Shown here piece after piece: positions 36,273 through 41,969 of a stretch of DNA of 41,969 nt. Positions within the stretch are counted from its first letter, which is position 1. Each line of letters opens with the position of its first letter. The stretch is from contig CACZOZ010000199.1 in assembly GCA_902782865.1 (NCBI GenBank), positions 1 through 41,969 on the forward strand, in the 5' to 3' direction. The position numbers and the translations under genes are program-made. The stretch comes from an uncultured Eubacteriales bacterium (GTDB lineage Bacteria > Bacillota > Clostridia > Christensenellales > Aristaeellaceae). The notes beneath the pieces were generated by a model, which was not told where the DNA came from, made no database searches, and saw nothing but the letters and a program-made list of their open reading frames with translations.

Positions 36273-37205
36273 TCAAACGGGATCCACGGAAACAGCTTTG
36301 ACAGGATGGCCTTTCAGATACTCCCGGGAATCCATGCGTTTTCCCCCAGGAGCCTGGATCGTGCGCAGGATCAAAAACCCGTCCGCGGCGGCGATGCTGA
36401 TCCCCTTGTCGCTGTCGGGAGCCACGATCGTGCCGGGAACATCATTTCCCGCTCCGACGGCAGCTTCCGCGCTCCACACTTTGATCATCTCTCCGCCGAT
36501 GCTCACGGTGCATCCGGGCCAGGGATCCATGGCGCGAACCAGGTCTTTCAAATGCTCCGAGCTCTTTGAAAAGTCCAGCGTTCCCATTTCTTTGGTGATC
36601 TTGGGATAATAACTCATCAGGGACTCATCCTGTTTGGTCCTGGGACAAGTACCGTTCTCGATCCTGGAGATCGTTTCGATCAAAAGCGACGCGCCGATCT
36701 GGGCCAGCTTTTGTGTCAGAGTTTCGGTGGTGTCATTTGCCTCGATGTCGCATTCCCGTGTCAGCAGGATATCCCCCGTGTCGATCCCGGCGTCGGTGAG
36801 CATGGTGGTGACGCCTGTTTTCTTCTCCCCGTTCAATATGCACCATGGGATGGGGCTCGAACCCCGGTATCGGGGCAGAAGAGACGCGTGGACATTCACT
36901 GTGCCGATGACCGGTACGTCAAGAACGCTCTGCGACAGGATCTGCCCGAAAGCCGCTGTGACACACAGATCCGGCTTCAGCGCGATCAGGTCGTCCAGCC
37001 CGTCGGCGCGTATCTTCTGAGGCTGATAAACGGGGATGCCCATCCGTTCAGCCGTTTCCTTCACCGGCGATGCGGTGACTTTCTTTCCCCGTCCGCGGGG
37101 CTTGTCCGGCTGTGTAAAGACGCCGACGACGGTGTGCCCGGATGCGGCGAGCGCTTTCAGAGAAGGCACGGCATATTCCGGCGTGCCCATAAAAACGATC
37201 CTCAT
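36273..37205 (-). CDS. fmt: Methionyl-tRNA formyltransferase
   Basis: 'MRIVFMGTPE.A' and 'NVHASLLPRYRG' are present. Confidence 0.95.
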   Translation of the reverse strand: MRIVFMGTPEYAVPSLKALAASGHTVVGVFTQPDKPRGRGKKVTASPVKETAERMGIPVYQPQKIRADGLDDLIALKPDLCVTAAFGQILSQSVLDVPVIGTVNVHASLLPRYRGSSPIPWCILNGEKKTGVTTMLTDAGIDTGDILLTRECDIEANDTTETLTQKLAQIGASLLIETISRIENGTCPRTKQDESLMSYYPKITKEMGTLDFSKSSEHLKDLVRAMDPWPGCTVSIGGEMIKVWSAEAAVGAGNDVPGTIVAPDSDKGISIAAADGFLILRTIQAPGGKRMDSREYLKGHPVKAVSVDPV

Positions 37206-37699
37206 TTCGTTTCCCCACCTTTGCCGTCGTCGCGATCGTCATCAAATATCTCGTGGTCCATCTTATCGACGTAAATGATACCGTCAAGATGATCCATCTC
37301 ATGGCAGAGAGCTCTGGCCAGGAGGCCATGCCCCTCCAGCTCAAAGGTGTCGCCGCGAACATTCTGAGCGCGCACTTTCACATATTCGGGCCGTACCACG
37401 TACCCGCGCCTGTCAGGCACGCTCAGGCAGCCTTCGGGCCCGCCCTGCTCACCGGATTGCTCTATCATGACGGGATTGATCAGTTCGATCAGTCCCGGTC
37501 CGTTCTCTTCCTGTGTATCGATCACGATGACGCGCCTCAGGATCCCGATCTGCGGCGCGGCAAGGCCGACTCCATCGGCATCATACATGGTATCCGCCAT
37601 ATCCCTGAGGAGCAGTTTCAGCCTCAGATCGAATTTCGTGACGGTCGAGCAATGCTTTCTCAATGTTTCGTTTCCCAGCTTCAGGATCTTTTTTACCAT
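37202..37699 (-). CDS. def: Peptide deformylase
   Basis: 'GVGLAAPQ', 'EGCLS' and 'HEMDHL' are present. Confidence 0.95.
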   Translation of the reverse strand: MVKKILKLGNETLRKHCSTVTKFDLRLKLLLRDMADTMYDADGVGLAAPQIGILRRVIVIDTQEENGPGLIELINPVMIEQSGEQGGPEGCLSVPDRRGYVVRPEYVKVRAQNVRGDTFELEGHGLLARALCHEMDHLDGIIYVDKMDHEIFDDDRDDGKGGETK

Positions 37700-37708
37700 A
37701 TGTCCCTC

Positions 37709-39985
37709 CTATGCCAGCGATGCCGGATTGATCTCATAGCCGGCAGAGATCTGCCGACCGTATTCCTGCTGATATCCGGCAACAAGGCTGTTCACTTCTT
37801 TCGTCAGTTCCGCGACACCCGGGTTTTCGATCGTTTTGATGATCACCTGTGCCCGATACTGATTCAGGATCCGCTTGATCGGCGCAGCATCGGCCCTGTG
37901 AAAGATCGTCAAACGCTTTACAGACGGATGATCTTCCAAAAAAGAAGTGATCCTCTTGTCGGCGTTCTGAGCTGCCGTGAGCACGGTCTCTTCTTCCTTT
38001 CCCTCGATCAGTATACGGCTTATGCGCGTGAAGGGCGGATAAAGGGAACGTCTCCTTCGGGCAAACTCCTCATTAAAAAACGTTTTATAGTTCTGTTCAA
38101 CAGCGCTTTGTATGGCGTAATGCTCCGGCTTGTAGGTCTGGATCACCACAGTGCCCTGGCGGTCTCCCCTGCCGGCTCTGCCTGCGGCCTGGACCAGGAG
38201 CTGATACGTTCTCTCCGGGGCACGGAAATCCGGCAGGTTCAATGACAGATCCGCGAGAACGGCACCGACGAAAGTGACCGACGGAAAATCATGACCTTTG
38301 GCGACCATTTGGGTGCCGATCAGGACCTGAGCCTGTCTGGCCCGGAAAGCGTTGAGGATATTGGCGTGCGCGTTCTTGGCGGCTGTTGTGTCCTGATCCA
38401 TCCTCAGGACACTGATGCCGGGGAATTCCTTTTTGAATTCTTCCTCGACTTTCTGAGTGCCGACACCGCACTGCCTGATATAATGGCTGCCGCACACCGG
38501 ACAGGCCGCGGGCATGGGCTCCCGGCTGCCGCAGTAGTGGCAATGCAGGGCTCCGTCCGTCTTGTGGTAAGTCAGCGAAACATCGCACTGCCTGCATTTG
38601 AGCGTCTCACCGCAGGCCCTGCAGTTGACGAACGGGGCATACCCGCGTCTGTTCACAAAAAGTATCGCCTGCTCATTCTGTTCAAAGCAGGCGGTGAGCT
38701 CCTGCTTCATTTTTTCTGAAAAGATGCCGCGATTGCCGCTGCGCAGTTCCCTGCGCATGTCTGCCAGATAGATCTGAGGCAAGGGCTGGTGATTCGCGCG
38801 GTGCGGCATCTCAAGAAGGATATAGTTACCGTGGCGGGCCTGAGCGTACGAATACACGCTCGGTGTCGCGCTGCTCAGAACGACAGGGCACTTATGGCTT
38901 GCAGCTCTTTGGATCGCCGCCTGCCTGGCGTCGTACTGCGGATGGCTTTCGGACAGGTAGGAGCCCTCGTGCTCCTCATCGATGATGATGATGCCGATGT
39001 CCTCAAATGGCGCGAACACAGCCGAACGCGCTCCGATGACGATATCCGCGTCGCCGTAACGTATACGGCGCCACTCATCATAACGTTCACCGGCGCTCAA
39101 CCGGGAATGGAGCACCGCGAGACGGTCGCCGAATCTGGAGTAGAAATACGTGATCATCTGCGGTGTCAAAGAGATCTCGGGGACCAGGATGACCGCCTTT
39201 TTGTTTTTCCCGATCGCTTCTCTGACAAGGTGGACGAACACTTCGGTCTTCCCCGATCCGGTCACGCCGTGAAGGAGAAACACGTCGTTCCTGCGAGCGG
39301 AGATCGATGAAGCGATCTCATCGAACGCTTCCTGCTGCTCATCTGTGAGCACATGGTCCTGAGTCTTTCCCAGCCCGGGAAAAGAGGGCCGACGGAATGA
39401 CTCGCGCTGAACGGAAAGGACACTGCCCTCAGCCTTGAGAATGCTCAGAGGCTCGTCAGCGGCGCTGATCAAAGCCTTGATATCTTTCAGCGGATGCTCC
39501 TGACGGTCTGACAGGGTCTGGAGGATCAACTGGCGTTTGGGTGATCGTTTGTGCCTGACCATCAGCTCATCAAAAGATCCCGCTGCCGTATCGCTCAGCC
39601 TGAGGTAGGTCTCTTTCCTGATCGTGACGCGGCCTTTTCTCATCTGGGCCGGTATCATCAGCCTGAGCGATTCGCACAGTGTGCATCGCAGTTCGTTTTT
39701 CAGCGTCTGCGCCAGGTTGATCAATTCCGGTGTCAGCGCCGGATACTCGTCCAGAACAGTGAGGATATCTTTTATCTTTTTGGCAGGGATGTCGGCGGTA
39801 TCGGACACGTCGATCACGATGCCTTCCTGCTCCCGGAAGCCGAAGGGCACGAGCACGCGGTAACCCGGCGAAAGAAAACCTCGGAACACATCGGGCACAT
39901 GATAAGTGAACAGCCGGTCGGTATTGTCCGACGCGATGTCCACGATCACACGGGCATATATGTCATTGTCCGTTCTTGCTCTCAT
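37709..39985 (-). CDS. priA: Primosomal protein N' (replication restart helicase PriA)
   Basis: 'GVTGSGKTEV', 'DEEH' and the Cys-rich zinc insert 'CRACGETLKCRQCD...HCHYCG...CPVCGS' are present. Confidence 0.95.
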   Translation of the reverse strand: MRARTDNDIYARVIVDIASDNTDRLFTYHVPDVFRGFLSPGYRVLVPFGFREQEGIVIDVSDTADIPAKKIKDILTVLDEYPALTPELINLAQTLKNELRCTLCESLRLMIPAQMRKGRVTIRKETYLRLSDTAAGSFDELMVRHKRSPKRQLILQTLSDRQEHPLKDIKALISAADEPLSILKAEGSVLSVQRESFRRPSFPGLGKTQDHVLTDEQQEAFDEIASSISARRNDVFLLHGVTGSGKTEVFVHLVREAIGKNKKAVILVPEISLTPQMITYFYSRFGDRLAVLHSRLSAGERYDEWRRIRYGDADIVIGARSAVFAPFEDIGIIIIDEEHEGSYLSESHPQYDARQAAIQRAASHKCPVVLSSATPSVYSYAQARHGNYILLEMPHRANHQPLPQIYLADMRRELRSGNRGIFSEKMKQELTACFEQNEQAILFVNRRGYAPFVNCRACGETLKCRQCDVSLTYHKTDGALHCHYCGSREPMPAACPVCGSHYIRQCGVGTQKVEEEFKKEFPGISVLRMDQDTTAAKNAHANILNAFRARQAQVLIGTQMVAKGHDFPSVTFVGAVLADLSLNLPDFRAPERTYQLLVQAAGRAGRGDRQGTVVIQTYKPEHYAIQSAVEQNYKTFFNEEFARRRRSLYPPFTRISRILIEGKEEETVLTAAQNADKRITSFLEDHPSVKRLTIFHRADAAPIKRILNQYRAQVIIKTIENPGVAELTKEVNSLVAGYQQEYGRQISAGYEINPASLA

Positions 39986-41171
39986 GACACTTTCTGGCAG
40001 CGTTCAGCAATTCGTCGGCAGCATCCTTTTTGGTCAGCAGCGGCAGTTCAGATCTGTTATCCCGGCTGATCAGTGTCAGCTGGTTGTGATCCACTTCAAA
40101 TCCGGCGTCGGTCCTGGATACGTCGTTGAGCGCGATCAGGTCGAGATTCTTTTTTGTCAGCTTGCCCAGGGCGTTGTCAAGCAGGTGTTCCGTTTCCGCG
40201 GCAAAACCGATGAACACCTGATCGCCGCGTTTTTCCGCCCCGCAGGCTGCCGCTATATCCTCCGTGCGCTTGAGCCTGAGGAACAGCTGATCATCTGTTT
40301 TTTTGATCTTCTGCTCGGAGTATGTTTCAGGGGCGTAGTCGGCGGGGGCGGCGGCCTGGATCAGGATATCGGCCTTTTTGCTTTCCGATACGGCAGCTCT
40401 CCTGAGATCTTCCGAAGACAGGACGGAGATGACCCTGACGCCCGTAGGCGCAGTCAACGCTGACGGACCGGTGATCAGTGTCACATCGGCTCCGCGCATC
40501 AGGGCCCTCTCCGCGATCGCGTATCCCATCTTTCCGGTCGAGCGGTTGCTCAGGAAGCGGACGGGATCGAGCATTTCGCGGGTCGGGCCCGCGGTGACGA
40601 CGATCTTCAATCCGGAAAGATCCTTGTCGGTGAGCATCATTTCCGCGTTGAAAACGATGTCTTCCGGTTCGCTCATGCGGCCGACTCCCTGATCGCCGCA
40701 GGCCAGGTTTCCGCTGGCGGGGCCGACGAACCCGATCCCCATGTCTTTAAGGAGCGAAAGATTCCGCTGCGTAACGGGATTGAGCCACATGGCGCTGTTC
40801 ATGGCCGGAGCGAATAACATCGGACAGCGGGCGGCCAGGATCGTCGTCGAAAGCATATCGTCCGCGATGCCCGCTGCTGTTTTCGCCATGATGTTGGCGG
40901 TCGCGGGAGCGATGATGAACAGATCCGCGAGCTTTGCGAGCGAAACGTGTTCGACCTCCCAAGGCTTATCGCGACGGAACATATCCGTTACGACAGGCTC
41001 ATTCGTCAGTGTCTCAAATGTGAGAGGCCTGACGAACTCGCAGGCGTGCTCGGTCATGATGACGTGTACATGCGCCCCTTTTTTACGCAGCCGGCTCGCG
41101 ATGTCGCACGCTTTATAAGCGGCGATGCCGCCGGTCACACCCAGTACGATATGCTTTCCTTTTAAACTCAT
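39963..41171 (-). CDS. coaBC: Bifunctional phosphopantothenoylcysteine decarboxylase / phosphopantothenate--cysteine ligase
   Basis: The N-terminal flavoprotein motif 'GVTGGIAAYK' is present, and the protein has the two-domain 402-aa CoaBC layout. Synteny is rpoZ-coaBC-priA. Confidence 0.95.
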   Translation of the reverse strand: MSLKGKHIVLGVTGGIAAYKACDIASRLRKKGAHVHVIMTEHACEFVRPLTFETLTNEPVVTDMFRRDKPWEVEHVSLAKLADLFIIAPATANIMAKTAAGIADDMLSTTILAARCPMLFAPAMNSAMWLNPVTQRNLSLLKDMGIGFVGPASGNLACGDQGVGRMSEPEDIVFNAEMMLTDKDLSGLKIVVTAGPTREMLDPVRFLSNRSTGKMGYAIAERALMRGADVTLITGPSALTAPTGVRVISVLSSEDLRRAAVSESKKADILIQAAAPADYAPETYSEQKIKKTDDQLFLRLKRTEDIAAACGAEKRGDQVFIGFAAETEHLLDNALGKLTKKNLDLIALNDVSRTDAGFEVDHNQLTLISRDNRSELPLLTKKDAADELLNAARKCHESKNGQ

Positions 41172-41386
41172 CGATCCGTTTCTTCCTCCGAAATGCGATC
41201 ATAACGAAGATAGCCGTTATAGATCTCATCCACGGCGATGCTGACGGGTTTCTGGCTGTCGGTCTCCACCATGGGCTGCGCACCTGCCACCAGATCCCTG
41301 GCCCGTTTAGAGCTTTCCACCACCAGCGTATAGCAATTCTCGGTCTTCTTCAACAGTTCATCGATAGGCGGATAATTGAGCGGCAT
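41168..41386 (-). CDS. rpoZ: DNA-directed RNA polymerase subunit omega
   Basis: 'IDELLKK..N.Y.LVV..SKRAR.L' is present. I chose the ATG at 41386 because an AAGGAAGGAA RBS lies upstream; the longer track ORF would overlap gmk. Confidence 0.85.
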   Translation of the reverse strand: MPLNYPPIDELLKKTENCYTLVVESSKRARDLVAGAQPMVETDSQKPVSIAVDEIYNGYLRYDRISEEETDR

Positions 41387-41405
41387 TTTATTCCTTCCTT
41401 TCTGT

Positions 41406-41969
41406 TCACCGATCGTTGAGGTGAGGTGTATATCGTATCGTGCGATGCCTTTCGGCACTGACGATCGATCTCAATTCATCAAAAGCCCGTTCTAGCCCGC
41501 CCGGACCGTCATCGTTGACGATGACGTAACGGTACTTCGCGAGCTGTTCGACTTCCCTGACGGCATTGTTCAGCCTGATCTCCACATCCTCGGGTTTTTC
41601 TGTATTCCTGCCGAGCAGCCTTGCCCGGAGCGCTGCCCAGCTCGGCGGGAGAACGAATATGCTGACACAGTCGGGGACTTTGCTCATAACGTTCAGAGCG
41701 CCCTGTGTATCGATGTCAAGAATGACGTCGTGCCCGTCCTTTATCGTGTCGAGGATCGGCTTCAAGGGAGTACCGTACCGATGCCCGTGAACGACAGCGT
41801 CCTCGAGCAGTTCTCCCCGTTCCTTCATGGAGAGGAATTCCTCATCCGTGACGAAATAATACTCTTTGCCGTCTGTTTCACCTTCCCGGGGCGCCCGTGT
41901 CGTGGCCGAAACGGAAAACACGGTCCTTCGATCGGCTTCAAGCAGCATTTTGCACAGTGTGCCCTTCCC
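41406..41969 (-). CDS. gmk: Guanylate kinase (5' end runs off the window)
   Basis: 'SATTRAPREGE..G..Y.F' is present. The reverse complement of the last bases encodes 'GKGTLCK', part of the P-loop, so the start lies beyond nt 41969. Confidence 0.9.
   Translation of the reverse strand, partial: GKGTLCKMLLEADRRTVFSVSATTRAPREGETDGKEYYFVTDEEFLSMKERGELLEDAVVHGHRYGTPLKPILDTIKDGHDVILDIDTQGALNVMSKVPDCVSIFVLPPSWAALRARLLGRNTEKPEDVEIRLNNAVREVEQLAKYRYVIVNDDGPGGLERAFDELRSIVSAERHRTIRYTPHLNDR

Noticed and set aside
1-41969. CRISPR arrays, tRNA/rRNA genes, IS elements, long direct repeats and toxin-antitoxin pairs.
   Set aside because: Called CDS plus short gaps (the largest are 190, 175 and 169 nt) account for essentially the whole window. 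None of the gaps shows repeat-spacer periodicity, a cloverleaf-like sequence or transposase remnants.

Overview
This 42-kb chromosomal segment has the gene content and synteny of a Bacillota (Clostridia-like) core genome. It is almost fully coding, with 41 CDS called. I saw no rRNA, tRNA, CRISPR array, IS element or prophage. All product calls rest on motifs read from the supplied translations and on remembered operon synteny; no database search was possible.

Layout:
(i) 0.8-10.5 kb, minus strand: argS-dapF-dapL-PHP phosphatase-phoH-pgpH-ybeY::cdd-era, tightly packed.
(ii) 10.7-16.3 kb: a less conserved divergent pair, namely a secreted repeat protein with a C-terminal C39-like Cys/His domain and a SWIM-SNF2 ATPase.
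(iii) 16.3-28.4 kb, plus strand: pgsA, a ylbF-like gene and mltG, then ylxM-ffh-rpsP-KH-rimM-trmD-dgt-dnaG-rpoD-trmK-Zn ribbon-ComEA-like-rnhA.
(iv) 28.4-29.6 kb: an AT-rich gap carrying a 38-bp imperfect palindrome, followed by a long-form (XerS-like) tyrosine recombinase.
(v) 29.7-42 kb, minus strand: gmk-rpoZ-coaBC-priA-def-fmt-rsmB-rlmN-stp-prkC-rsgA-rsmA.

I do not see a defence island or a clearly novel multi-gene system. The observations most worth follow-up are:
- a candidate single-recombinase Xer/dif-like module, with an 11-6-11 palindrome directly upstream of the recombinase promoter;
- a DapF homolog whose first catalytic Cys is replaced by Asp;
- an in-frame YbeY-cytidine deaminase fusion with dgkA missing;
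- the secreted Ig-repeat/C39-like protein;
- strong GATC over-representation.
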